Below the pieces are notes generated by a model. The model ran no database searches, had not been told where the DNA came from, and saw only the letters and a list, made by a program, of their open reading frames with translations. From the sequence record NC_028997.1: 59,802 bases of DNA, one strand, 5' to 3'. Below, piece by piece: positions 45,786 to 54,945 of this stretch. How positions within the stretch are numbered: position 1 is the first letter of the stretch; each line of letters begins with the position of its first letter. This DNA comes from Enterobacteria phage JenP2. The position numbers and the translations under genes are program-made.

Positions 45786-48329
45786 CTTAATAACCTCGTT
45801 CATTCTTTCAATGTCTACCAAATAACATTTCATTCTCGGTGGTGTAAACTCCGCACCGAAGAAACTTGAAAAGTCCATTGGCCTCATCTCAGTAAGAACT
45901 TCCATAGACATCAAACCATAGATTGTATTGTCTATGACCTGCAAGATGTTGTCATTTCTTGTTTGTTTAAAAGCCTTGAACTGGCGACACACTGTGCATA
46001 GATCACTTCGTGTGACAATAAACGCGTCCTTAAACATCGGGAACCGTTTATACACACCAGCTTTAACTTCTCCATCCAAGAACTTCTTGATGGAGTTGAG
46101 CATTATCTTCTCACGACTTGTACTATCCGTAGAACCAATCTGCCCACTGTTACGCTTCTCTAAGAAACGCTCGTTACCCTGATCAATAAAGGACTCAGCC
46201 CAACGATAATGTTCCATAGTAACAACAGGTCGTTCACTGTTATCCGCAACAGCAAGAAGAGAGGCAATACGCAATACCTTTAGCGCCTTTCTTGTGTACA
46301 TCTGACGGATAACTTCGTCTTGTACCTGCTCACCATCATTACCGCTATTCAGGAACTTCGCGACAACATTATCAAGATTATCAAATGCTTCGTGTACCTC
46401 TGCTTCCATTTCAACATAACATGGAGCGGTTCCTGACATAATACGCACAGCTTGTTTATAGATAGCTCCAATAGTGCGCAGGATTGCTTCTGGATATTCC
46501 AGAAGCATACTCTTATTCATCAACGGGCGGTTAGCTGTACATTCCCATGCAATAATACGAGACATGAAACCACTTGACATCATGCGGTCATCAACGTTCC
46601 CGTAAAATTCATCTGGTGTCGTTTCACCTGCAAAACTATACGCCTTAACCTTACCGCCAGCTGTCGTATTATCTTTACTAGAGTGCTTTGAACCGCCAGA
46701 GAAAGCATAGAAATGCCCCTTATCATAAAGGGAAAGCATTTCATCCATAATGTCTTTAGCTTTACCGACTTCCATCTTACCGTTACGGAAAAACGCACCG
46801 ACTTCAGTCTTATAGTTAATAGATGAGCCACAAGACATAACAGATGTATCCATTATGACGTCTTTGCGCAATGCAGCATCAGACGCATAGGTACTAGTAT
46901 CTAAAACACGTTCAATGCCGAATATCTGCTGCCCATCCTGACCGCCGTAATTGGATACTTGAGAAAGAATAGTTTCAATGTTAGAGCGAAACGCTTCTTT
47001 ACCAATACCAGAACGTGCAATTAATACAAAGTAGTTGTTCAGACCGCTTCGTGTGACTGTGTTCCACGCCTTACCGCACATACCACTGAATAAAGCAAGA
47101 GCAGACAGAATACTAATGTCTTTAATAGGCAACAAGCTCGCTTTATACATATTACGAGCAACTTCGCCCATAAAGCCTGGAGGCCAAGCTAGACCATCCG
47201 CCTGCTCTTCAGTGTAATTACCATCTGTGGTCAACACTTCTTCAGGTGGGCGTTCTGGTGTAGTTGCTTGACGTAGTTTTTCCGTGCGCTCTATAGCTGC
47301 ATTAACGTTATTCTGAACTATCTGCATAAGTCCCATAGATTTAACATGGGCATCATAGCGATAGTTGCGAATCATTCTATCCAGGTGGTACGGACGTTTA
47401 ATTTTTTCACCAGGCATACGACGTGAATCATCATAACGACTACTCATTGGTGAATACATGAATAGACGTCTTACCTGGAAATTGTACTTACTCTTAAAGC
47501 AAAGAAAGTCAATTAATGCAAATTCTGCTTCAGACTGAGAAGGGAAACAACGTTCGCCGATAGAAGTATCAACTTCTTCAGCTCTCCAACGACCTTCCCA
47601 TAGTTGTTTAAACAATGTTCCGTTTTCTTGTTCGCACAACTGGATATAAACATCCTGGTCTTCCATTGCATATGGGTCATTACTGAAATCTTCTTCAGTA
47701 AGTTCCAGCATTTGGAAGCCATCAGACTCATTAATCTCACTCATCTCAGACATAAGTTGATGAATGAGATTAGCGATATACCCTTCGCTTTCACTGCCTG
47801 GAGCACCAGACACAGTACGCGGAGTAATATCCCAGTGATCGCCTGTACAGATAATAAAACGATACTGTGAATACACTTCCACACCATCACGGCGCTTACC
47901 AGCCTGAGGGATGGAATAAATCCATGTGTGCAACCCATCACCACTTCTGGAAATTTCCGTATAGCTATGGAACGATTCAACAATCTTCTTATATCGTTCA
48001 CCAGCAACTTTCTTTTCCATTTCAGACATGGTATCTTTAATGTCCATGTCTATACAACAGAACGGGTCACTTGGAAGTAGATAGAAACCTAAACGCAAGT
48101 TATGTCCAATCTCGTTATAATAACGAATGCAGCGTTCAGCATCTTCAAAAGACATTAATAAATGTAGGTTAGACGGCTTTTTATCATTGCCGTCTTTACG
48201 AAGTGGAACCATATCCCCTAAATCATCGTCCCACACATAAGGTTGTTTTTCTGATGATGTACCTGGATGGAAACCGCAGACAGCCCACTGTTCGTATTGT
48301 TTAATTTCTTGAGGAAAAAGTTCCAGCAT
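45780..48329 (-). CDS. putative DNA primase/helicase (primase-polymerase-like N-terminus, P-loop NTPase C-terminal half)
   Basis: 849 aa; P-loop-like segment VLIARSGIGKE in the C-terminal half; large multidomain protein in the replication block; domain assignment is tentative. Confidence 0.55.
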   Translation of the reverse strand: MLELFPQEIKQYEQWAVCGFHPGTSSEKQPYVWDDDLGDMVPLRKDGNDKKPSNLHLLMSFEDAERCIRYYNEIGHNLRLGFYLLPSDPFCCIDMDIKDTMSEMEKKVAGERYKKIVESFHSYTEISRSGDGLHTWIYSIPQAGKRRDGVEVYSQYRFIICTGDHWDITPRTVSGAPGSESEGYIANLIHQLMSEMSEINESDGFQMLELTEEDFSNDPYAMEDQDVYIQLCEQENGTLFKQLWEGRWRAEEVDTSIGERCFPSQSEAEFALIDFLCFKSKYNFQVRRLFMYSPMSSRYDDSRRMPGEKIKRPYHLDRMIRNYRYDAHVKSMGLMQIVQNNVNAAIERTEKLRQATTPERPPEEVLTTDGNYTEEQADGLAWPPGFMGEVARNMYKASLLPIKDISILSALALFSGMCGKAWNTVTRSGLNNYFVLIARSGIGKEAFRSNIETILSQVSNYGGQDGQQIFGIERVLDTSTYASDAALRKDVIMDTSVMSCGSSINYKTEVGAFFRNGKMEVGKAKDIMDEMLSLYDKGHFYAFSGGSKHSSKDNTTAGGKVKAYSFAGETTPDEFYGNVDDRMMSSGFMSRIIAWECTANRPLMNKSMLLEYPEAILRTIGAIYKQAVRIMSGTAPCYVEMEAEVHEAFDNLDNVVAKFLNSGNDGEQVQDEVIRQMYTRKALKVLRIASLLAVADNSERPVVTMEHYRWAESFIDQGNERFLEKRNSGQIGSTDSTSREKIMLNSIKKFLDGEVKAGVYKRFPMFKDAFIVTRSDLCTVCRQFKAFKQTRNDNILQVIDNTIYGLMSMEVLTEMRPMDFSSFFGAEFTPPRMKCYLVDIERMNEVIKL

Positions 48330-48338
48330 GTCATTGCC

Positions 48339-48575
48339 TTAAAACGTAGCGGGATTAATTTCAAATAACGAACGGGATGGTACAACATCAAAGTTGACAT
48401 CTACCAGCTTAAAAGAATTCGTGTAAACACACCATGTACCGACCTTTTCATTAAAGACGGGCTTGTCATTATTAAATGCGTACACGCAACCATCAGAATC
48501 TGTTGCAATATATCTTGTGTCTTTTGGTACTTCTACATCTGAACCATGATAATGAATGGTAATTAAATCTAACAT
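48339..48575 (-). CDS. hypothetical protein
   Basis: 78 aa; shares a DxDG..xAF-like motif (IATDSDGCVYAF) with ORF 49543..49935 (LAVDEDGTLTAF). Confidence 0.4.
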   Translation of the reverse strand: MLDLITIHYHGSDVEVPKDTRYIATDSDGCVYAFNNDKPVFNEKVGTWCVYTNSFKLVDVNFDVVPSRSLFEINPATF

Positions 48576-48648
48576 GTTATTCTCCTACGATCCATTAGGA
48601 CACACATAGTATATACTGATGGATCGCAGGGGGTTAACCCCCTGCAGA

Positions 48649-49047
48649 TTATGGTACTAAAACCCAACGACAGGTGATAGGTTTACACATTATCTGTTCT
48701 TTAGAGATACTAATCCTATCCTTGAACATTATTCTCGGATAAAAATACTTCATGTAATTATCCGAATCCGTTTTACATTGTGCATTCAATATGCGAGAGC
48801 TGACAATAAACTTTAAATCCGCCCAATCCTCCATAGAATCAGAAAAAGATAAAATACGCCCATTTCCACGAACTTTAGCTGTTGACTCAACTGGTAGTCT
48901 GTGGTTAATATCACACGGTAAGTCTAAAGCAGGTATCTTTCCTTTGATTAATTTATCTGTATTAAAAGAGCCAATTTCCAAAGTATGGATATTCTGACCT
49001 TTAATTGGTTCTTCAAACTTAACATCAACAACAAGTTTGACTAACAT
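48649..49047 (-). CDS. hypothetical protein
   Basis: 132-aa ORF. Confidence 0.4.
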   Translation of the reverse strand: MLVKLVVDVKFEEPIKGQNIHTLEIGSFNTDKLIKGKIPALDLPCDINHRLPVESTAKVRGNGRILSFSDSMEDWADLKFIVSSRILNAQCKTDSDNYMKYFYPRIMFKDRISISKEQIMCKPITCRWVLVP

Positions 49048-49062
49048 AGCTTACCTTTATAA

Positions 49063-49332
49063 TCACCATGAAATTTCTACACTCGCAGTATCCAGTTGGC
49101 TCACTGCTTTATTATATTTAATCTTATATCCAAGCGAAACCAGCTTTTCAGTAACCTTTCTCATTGCTGGACGCCCGTTAGGACTGCCAATCTCATTATA
49201 GGGGCGATGAACCAGTTTAATATGATCTGCACCTTCCGTGGATGCTTTAGTAATACAATTATGAAGATAGTTAGTGTATTCAGTGATATCCAAACTTTCA
49301 CTATTTGTACGTGCTTCTTGTGCTGTAATCAC
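49063..49332 (-). CDS. hypothetical protein
   Basis: 89-aa ORF. Confidence 0.4.
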   Translation of the reverse strand: MITAQEARTNSESLDITEYTNYLHNCITKASTEGADHIKLVHRPYNEIGSPNGRPAMRKVTEKLVSLGYKIKYNKAVSQLDTASVEISW

Positions 49333-49334
49333 GA

Positions 49335-49550
49335 TTATTGCTCCATAGCTTGTTTCATCAACGCGTCATAAATACGTTTCGTACTAGACGCGTTCCACAG
49401 TTGTTCGTCAGTCTGAACTTCCTGGTTCCATTGCTTGTCCAATAAACCTTCTTCATACGCATCTTTAATACGCTTGCACAAAGTAAGGATGTCGGTCTGA
49501 AGAATATCAATTTCTTTTTGAGTTAACGTAGTTTGGAGTTCTTTACTCAT
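49335..49550 (-). CDS. hypothetical protein
   Basis: Start set to the Met of MSKELQ (AAGGTGA SD); the longer track ORF would overlap the upstream gene extensively. Confidence 0.35.
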   Translation of the reverse strand: MSKELQTTLTQKEIDILQTDILTLCKRIKDAYEEGLLDKQWNQEVQTDEQLWNASSTKRIYDALMKQAMEQ

Positions 49551-49935
49551 CTTTATCACCTTCTTTATTCTGTTGACCACATTGAGGCTTCCATTCACCC
49601 TGCAATTCACGCGTATATTCGCCTTTGCGCATACGTTCGAACCATTCAGTGTGGTCATGCGGATTGTCGCTTACTTTATAGTCTATATTAACACACGTTT
49701 CTTTGAAATCCATACCTTCAAGATCCACGTTATAACAGATATCGATTTCAATACCTGGCTCAGTTAATACCCAAAAACCATCGCCATTAATACATTCACA
49801 CCACTGAGGCTCATTCTCAAACGCAGTTAAAGTACCGTCCTCGTCTACCGCAAGATATTTCGCCCACACTGGAACAAAGAACACTTCACCGAAGTATCGC
49901 ACAGCCTTCTGAGTAAGATTAATTTGCATCTTCAC
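49543..49935 (-). CDS. hypothetical protein
   Basis: 130-aa ORF; see the motif shared with 48339..48575. Confidence 0.4.
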   Translation of the reverse strand: MKMQINLTQKAVRYFGEVFFVPVWAKYLAVDEDGTLTAFENEPQWCECINGDGFWVLTEPGIEIDICYNVDLEGMDFKETCVNIDYKVSDNPHDHTEWFERMRKGEYTRELQGEWKPQCGQQNKEGDKDE

Positions 49936-50272
49936 CTCCCGATACTATTTCCAAAGTCTCACGAAGCAGACGCTCGAGCTTCGATTTATTTTTGATAAGC
50001 TGATATTGCCGATCCACCACAAGCGCCTTCTCACGGTTACGCATAAGGTATTCGAACGCACCTTGAAAATCTTCGACTTCACCTTCATAACCTAAAGCCT
50101 TCGCGACGTGAGACACACGATGGAGCAGGAAGTCCGCCGCGTCCATAACTTCCATTGCATTCACAATAACGTCAAGTAAATCTGAATTTGTAATCGGGTT
50201 GAGCTGTTTAGCTTGTTCAAGAAGTCGCACCTTTGCTTTATATAAAGGTGAATTGCTTACTGTTTGCATCAC
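49919..50272 (-). CDS. hypothetical protein
   Basis: 117-aa ORF. Confidence 0.4.
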   Translation of the reverse strand: MMQTVSNSPLYKAKVRLLEQAKQLNPITNSDLLDVIVNAMEVMDAADFLLHRVSHVAKALGYEGEVEDFQGAFEYLMRNREKALVVDRQYQLIKNKSKLERLLRETLEIVSGGEDAN

Positions 50273-50613
50273 TTGTCCTTAAATGGATAGTATTGAGGAT
50301 TCTTCTTGTAGAAGTCTTTAAGCCACAACTTTGCTTCAGCAATGCTACTGAACTCTTCCTTAGAGAGTCCTGTGCGGTGTTCTCCGCCAATTTTGAAGTA
50401 TATACGGACTTTCAGACGTAGGTCTGTTGCCCTTGCGTAATGACCTTCATACCCATCACGGTTAAGACTCACAATGGTTGCAAGCACATCGCAATCTTCT
50501 TTATCAGGATTACCGTTGTAACAAGTCGGCCACCCTCTACGTTGGAAAGACCTGTATGGCCCTGTTGGCTCAGGATCCACGTACCATTTTAACTTGATCA
50601 TTCCCACCATCAC
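50269..50613 (-). CDS. hypothetical protein
   Basis: 114-aa ORF. Confidence 0.4.
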   Translation of the reverse strand: MMVGMIKLKWYVDPEPTGPYRSFQRRGWPTCYNGNPDKEDCDVLATIVSLNRDGYEGHYARATDLRLKVRIYFKIGGEHRTGLSKEEFSSIAEAKLWLKDFYKKNPQYYPFKDK

Positions 50614-50909
50614 TTTCTCCAGATATCACGCGATTCTTTAATACGGATGTTGTACCGTATAAGTTGTTGCATAACTTTATGCAGGTCATCAAGATGCTTC
50701 CTTAAACGAAGACGTTTCTTGATAGCCCACAGGTTCTTCATATCCGTTTCTTGGAGCTCCTCCCTTAAATACAATGAAAAGTCAGTCTGGTGATCTAAGA
50801 TAAATTGGATACGCATCAAAGTATCTGACTTACGATAATCAGGATACCATTTAGGAATAACATCTTGTTCGCCAACCATCTTACGCTCCAAACTGATCAA
50901 TGTATTCAA
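50610..50909 (-). CDS. hypothetical protein
   Basis: 99-aa ORF. Confidence 0.4.
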   Translation of the reverse strand: MNTLISLERKMVGEQDVIPKWYPDYRKSDTLMRIQFILDHQTDFSLYLREELQETDMKNLWAIKKRLRLRKHLDDLHKVMQQLIRYNIRIKESRDIWRK

Positions 50910-51501
50910 TGAGCTCTTGCAATTCTTGCTGTAACTTCACATTACCACTATTATTCGTCTGAAGTCTAACGAGGCGTTCCTTGATATGTGCAATGTGGTT
51001 AGTGCTCATCCGTCGCTTCTGTACATCACACCAGCGAACAACACCATCTTCAATATATGCACGACGTGCTTTACCACGCGGGTATCGCATCGGCCGAACT
51101 TCACACTTATCGCCCACCCACTTGAAGCCCAGGATCATAACGGCGTTACCTTCCGTATCAGGACACACGTCAAAGCAACTGTTGAACCCTTTACTGCGCA
51201 TATACTTGTCGAGCGGAATCACGCAATCCACATCCAACAACCAGTACCCGAAGTAAATGTCGACAGTGAACATCATACCCAACATCGGAGCCGACCAGCA
51301 CATATACATCCGCCCGTCATCTAACTTCTTAACCGCATTCGGCCGCAACACGAGGCCAGCCGCCTTCCACGCTTTGACCACATTACTTAGGCTGTCATTA
51401 TGCTGCTCTAATATGGTCACCGCTTTGGCGTACATCTCTTCGTCGTAACCGAACATTTCTTGTACGTGTGCGTTTGTTATTTCAATTTTACGATTGCGCA
51501 T
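50881..51501 (-). CDS. hypothetical protein (first gene of the long minus-strand early/replication block)
   Basis: 206 aa; GGTGAGG SD; lies immediately downstream of the palindrome-rich non-coding hub. Confidence 0.45.
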   Translation of the reverse strand: MRNRKIEITNAHVQEMFGYDEEMYAKAVTILEQHNDSLSNVVKAWKAAGLVLRPNAVKKLDDGRMYMCWSAPMLGMMFTVDIYFGYWLLDVDCVIPLDKYMRSKGFNSCFDVCPDTEGNAVMILGFKWVGDKCEVRPMRYPRGKARRAYIEDGVVRWCDVQKRRMSTNHIAHIKERLVRLQTNNSGNVKLQQELQELIEYIDQFGA

Positions 51502-51559
51502 AACCTCACCCTTGATAATAATAAATCGACTGATTTTGAAATTCAGTTGCCAAGTTTTA

Positions 51560-51680
51560 ATTTATGCAAAGTTTTTGCTATTTGCAACCGTGATATTTTG
51601 CGGTGTTTGTATGTGCAATGTTTTTGCTTTTGCAAAAAATTACAACAGTCTGAAGGTGAAAATTTGCAAATTTATAAAGA
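51560..51680. promoter_or_regulatory. array of TTTGCAAA-type palindromic motifs (operator/promoter-like)
   Basis: At least five copies of a TTGCAA core within ~120 bp, including the perfect palindromes TTTTGCAAAA (~51628) and AAATTTGCAAATTT (51660-51673); AATTTATAAAGAT repeated twice nearby; a TTGCAA-17 bp-TAAATT arrangement on the minus strand. Confidence 0.4.
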
Positions 51681-52473
51681 TCGGTGAAAAAATGTACAAT
51701 TTATAAAGATTCAGCAATATACGAAAACGGCGAAGCGAAGTGTATGAAAAATAAGGGAAATTTTTGAGGATTGGGAGGTTTATAGTGATTTATATTATTT
51801 ATAAAGGGGTCTCGTGGGGTCGTCAGTAGACAACTCAAAAACAAAAAATCTTTATAAAATTTATATAAATACACACATATACACATTTTTACCTTATTTT
51901 TCATGCACTTACCTCCTTTCATTTCGTATATTAAGCGGCAATATACGAGCAATATAAGAAATATTTGTTGCGCAACAACGAGGCGCTCACAAGCTCGCGC
52001 ACGCGCATAATGCGGGCACGCGGTCTAACACAAAAGAAAATTGAATTGCAAGCGATTTTTGCTGAGGTAACTCTCGAAGCGAAAGCGATTTGCGAGTATG
52101 AATTTTTGTAGCCCGAAAACGATTCTATTTTATGGTATAAATGTCGGATTTTTCGGTGAAAGCGAGCTTTTCGGTGAGGTTGGGTGGCTGGGATCGGTGT
52201 AACTGGTAGCCCATAAAGCGAAAATAGCCGCGAAAACGGGGCGCGCAGCGCGATTAAATGGTTGGATCAGTGTAAGGGTGGCGGTGAGGGGCGAAAATGC
52301 CGCAAAATCGCTTACAGGGATGCAGGGAGTGGATCGCTATAAGGGCGTATAAGGCGATTAAATTGGAGTCTATGGTAAGGTATGGAAGAGGATTTAGGCT
52401 CTTAGAGCGCGAATGCCGGAGCTATGGGTGAGGAATATGTGGTCAGCAGGGTAGCGCGGGAGGTGGTGCGGGT

Positions 52474-52512
52474 ACAAAAACGAAAGCGCCCCGTTGGACT
52501 TCAACAGGGCGC
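52474..52512 (-). terminator. rho-independent terminator (minus strand)
   Basis: GCGCCCCGTTG-gactt-CAACAGGGCGC stem (one mismatch) followed on the minus strand by TTTCGTTTTTGT; lies downstream of the gene ending at 52536. Confidence 0.6.
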
Positions 52513-52535
52513 GGATTGTATAATGCAGTTAGAAG

Positions 52536-52784
52536 TTATTTACTAGTTAATAATACCGCCCAGGTATTATCTGGAAGCGTACCAACTCCAAGTATCTTAA
52601 ACTGAAGTGACTTGTTCTGCATGTTGTAGTTGTCGAGTAACTCCTGGGCAGCGGCAGCGGCGTTCGCTTCACCGTTCAGGTTGTAGTCGTTTGCAGTTAT
52701 TGCACACATACCGAGGCCGACTGCTTTGAAGCGCATACCTTTGGATTGAGTCGGTGCCAGTGCTTTGATATGGATAGCGTTCAT
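52536..52784 (-). CDS. hypothetical small protein, family A paralog 1
   Basis: 82 aa; paralogous to 53315..53560 (shared AAAxEL, K(I/E)(L/V)GxG(T/E)LPD motifs). Confidence 0.45.
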   Translation of the reverse strand: MNAIHIKALAPTQSKGMRFKAVGLGMCAITANDYNLNGEANAAAAAQELLDNYNMQNKSLQFKILGVGTLPDNTWAVLLTSK

Positions 52785-52813
52785 ATTATTTATCTCCGTT
52801 ACAATTTTAGACG

Positions 52814-53071
52814 TTAGCAGTTTTTTAACAGGTTGATGAAGCCCGCCAGCGTGGACGCTGTTGCAACCAGGCGGCCCATAGTATGCAGTTCCGCGTGAAC
52901 TGTACCGTCGTCGAATACAGTTAAATAAACGTTAAGACCATTGCAACGGACGCGATATTTGCGCGCGTTATTACCGAAAGTTTCTAGCTCTGCGGTAATA
53001 GTCGCAAGATTAGCTATACGTTTGCCGATAATACGGCGAGTGATAGTGGACTGGTTTAATACTGTAGACAT
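52814..53071 (-). CDS. hypothetical small protein, family B paralog 1
   Basis: 85 aa; paralogous to 54386..54691 (ITRRIIGKRIANL vs ITKRIIGKRLHQL; DDGTVHAE...GRLV vs EDGTVSSY...GRPV). Confidence 0.45.
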   Translation of the reverse strand: MSTVLNQSTITRRIIGKRIANLATITAELETFGNNARKYRVRCNGLNVYLTVFDDGTVHAELHTMGRLVATASTLAGFINLLKNC

Positions 53072-53139
53072 AATAATTTCCTCAGTTAACTATGCGAAGT
53101 GCATATTATTGCCCACGGTTACTATGGGCAATGTATATG

Positions 53140-53304
53140 TCACTCAGCGGTCACATATTCTAACGCTTCTGATAGTGTAGCGAAGTGACCATCACTCATC
53201 AGATTAATAGCGTACTCAAGTTGATCTCGGGTCAGGTTGCGAAACTTGTTGCGGATGTGATAGCAACGACCGCGATAAATAACCTGGAAATAGTTGCGTT
53301 CCAT
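53140..53304 (-). CDS. hypothetical small protein
   Basis: About 54 aa from the Met of MERNYF; the track N-terminal extension would overlap the upstream gene. Confidence 0.3.
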   Translation of the reverse strand: MERNYFQVIYRGRCYHIRNKFRNLTRDQLEYAINLMSDGHFATLSEALEYVTAE

Positions 53305-53314
53305 AATTATCCCC

Positions 53315-53560
53315 TTATGCAACGATGAACGCGTAACCGCTTTGATCTGGAAGCTCGCCGCCGTCAACAATCTCAAACTCAACGCCCGCTTTATCGTTGA
53401 ACTTTTTGATAAGCTCTTCCGCTGCGGCGCGGTGGTTGCCGTAAACGCCCAGATCGTCACGCCATGTGATAGTCAAGGAGCCGTTCCAGCCTGTTGCTTT
53501 TACGCGCGGGTTACGGGTAGCAGTCGGGTTCATGAATTTTGTGATGATAGCTTGAGCCAT
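53315..53560 (-). CDS. hypothetical small protein, family A paralog 2
   Basis: 81 aa; see 52536..52784. Confidence 0.45.
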   Translation of the reverse strand: MAQAIITKFMNPTATRNPRVKATGWNGSLTITWRDDLGVYGNHRAAAEELIKKFNDKAGVEFEIVDGGELPDQSGYAFIVA

Positions 53561-53565
53561 GATAA

Positions 53566-53751
53566 TTACTCCGGTAAAATTACAGTGACGTTAATATTTG
53601 CAATGCGAGCACACTCGCGGAAACCTTTTACATAAGCATCCATTTCATCATAGGATGCGAAAGTTGCGTCCGGGACTGGTCCGTTGTTAATATTCACGCA
53701 ATATTCGTGATCGTCCAGGTCCACCCAACAATACAGAACTATAGTTTCCAT
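53566..53751 (-). CDS. hypothetical small protein
   Basis: About 62 aa from the Met of METIVLY; GGAGGG SD lies inside the upstream micro-ORF. Confidence 0.4.
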   Translation of the reverse strand: METIVLYCWVDLDDHEYCVNINNGPVPDATFASYDEMDAYVKGFRECARIANINVTVILPE

Positions 53752-53752
53752 A

Positions 53753-53827
53753 TTATTTGCCCTCCGTATAGTACAGACCTGCAACTATTGGAGCTCCGAA
53801 CACTAAGAAAGCTAATAAGTAGAACAT
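53753..53827 (-). CDS. 24-aa hydrophobic micro-protein (not in the ORF track)
   Basis: Hand translation MFYLLAFLVFGAPIVAGLYYTEGK; GGAGG SD 8 nt upstream; stop overlaps the next start (TAATATG). Coordinates derived by arithmetic from track frames. Confidence 0.4.
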   Translation of the reverse strand: MFYLLAFLVFGAPIVAGLYYTEGK

Positions 53828-53829
53828 AA

Positions 53830-54324
53830 TTAGTTGCCTCCTTTATTGTTGAGCCCGTTGAATTTACGCCATGCGTAGAATTCAATCGTTGCATTATTAA
53901 TATTCCAACCATTAGCTTTCGCAAGGTCACGGACGTTACCAATAGTTGGCACACCATCAGGTAACATATTATCCAGGGCATTCCAAACGTCTGCGCATTT
54001 ACCTTTAATCGGGCGACGAACCCCGTTGCGCGTTTCGCTGCGCGTTTTGCTCTTGGCGAGAGCGACCGGAGCTTGTTGTGTGGTCACTTCCACGACAGTC
54101 GCTTTATCAGCTTCGACCAGATCGTTAGCCGCCTTATTAACCGCGCCTTCGCTGAACCAGTAGCGGCCACCGTCTTCCAGCGGCTCCTGGTGAATGAAAC
54201 TGTTAGCGGTCGCAGTGTCCACATCCAGAACCTTTTTCAAGGCACGGCGAGCGTTAGACATGTTGGTGAAAAAGCGAGCATCTTTCGCTACGCGAGTGAT
54301 AGTTGCCATTGTAAATATCTCCAT
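53830..54324 (-). CDS. hypothetical protein
   Basis: 164-aa ORF (the true start may be the Met of MATITRV at about 54309). Confidence 0.45.
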   Translation of the reverse strand: MEIFTMATITRVAKDARFFTNMSNARRALKKVLDVDTATANSFIHQEPLEDGGRYWFSEGAVNKAANDLVEADKATVVEVTTQQAPVALAKSKTRSETRNGVRRPIKGKCADVWNALDNMLPDGVPTIGNVRDLAKANGWNINNATIEFYAWRKFNGLNNKGGN

Positions 54325-54385
54325 GTTGTTCTAGCGGATTGCTAGTGGGAGCCCACTGTGACAATGGGCAACCATTAGCACGCTA

Positions 54386-54691
54386 TTATTGTTGAATAGC
54401 TTTAGCTATCATTGTGATGAAGCAGAACACAGACCAAAGGCTATTCGCTTGGCATACTGGGCGACCATACATTACGCTATAAGAGCTGACAGTGCCGTCC
54501 TCGTTAATGCGAATGTATAACGCGGTGCTGGAATATTTTTCGTTGCCCGGGAGCATTACCAGATACTCGTCGAAATCCCAATCCCCGTCGACCTTTTCCG
54601 CTGTAAGGCCCAGCTGATGTAGGCGCTTGCCGATAATGCGCTTAGTAATCTGAGATTGGGACATGGAACGCGGTAAGTAGATAATGGACAT
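54386..54691 (-). CDS. hypothetical small protein, family B paralog 2
   Basis: About 101 aa from the Met of MSIIYLPRS; see 52814..53071. Confidence 0.45.
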   Translation of the reverse strand: MSIIYLPRSMSQSQITKRIIGKRLHQLGLTAEKVDGDWDFDEYLVMLPGNEKYSSTALYIRINEDGTVSSYSVMYGRPVCQANSLWSVFCFITMIAKAIQQ

Positions 54692-54880
54692 AATGCAATC
54701 TCCCTTCGGGTGAGGCGGGCGCGGAACCCGTGTCCCGCTTAAAAACCCCCTTAACCCTACGCAGTTATAGTATGACAACGGGGTATCAGATGCAACTATT
54801 ATCTGCATTATTTTAGAACTTTTTTAGTTGTGTTTCATAATAATAACATCCGGGACTACACGGTAGATGGTGTGCCGGAA

Positions 54881-54945
54881 ATACCAGGTAGCGCGAGCGT
54901 GTCGAACATACCAGGTAACAGCACACGCCGAACATACCAGGTAGC
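54881..54945. repeat. three tandem 26-27 bp direct repeats (iteron-like)
   Basis: Core ATACCAGGTA(G/A)C at ~54881, ~54908 and ~54934 within a ~490-bp non-coding region between divergent gene blocks. Confidence 0.6.

Noticed and set aside
53739-53981. 80-aa minus-strand track ORF
   Set aside because: It overlaps the 3' end of the 164-aa ORF in another frame, has hydrophobic low-complexity content and no Shine-Dalgarno; the same space is better explained by the 24-codon micro-ORF and the adjacent coupled gene.
54881-54945. Possible CRISPR array
   Set aside because: Only three contiguous 26-27 bp repeat units with no unique spacers between conserved repeats; the architecture fits iterons or binding sites, not CRISPR.
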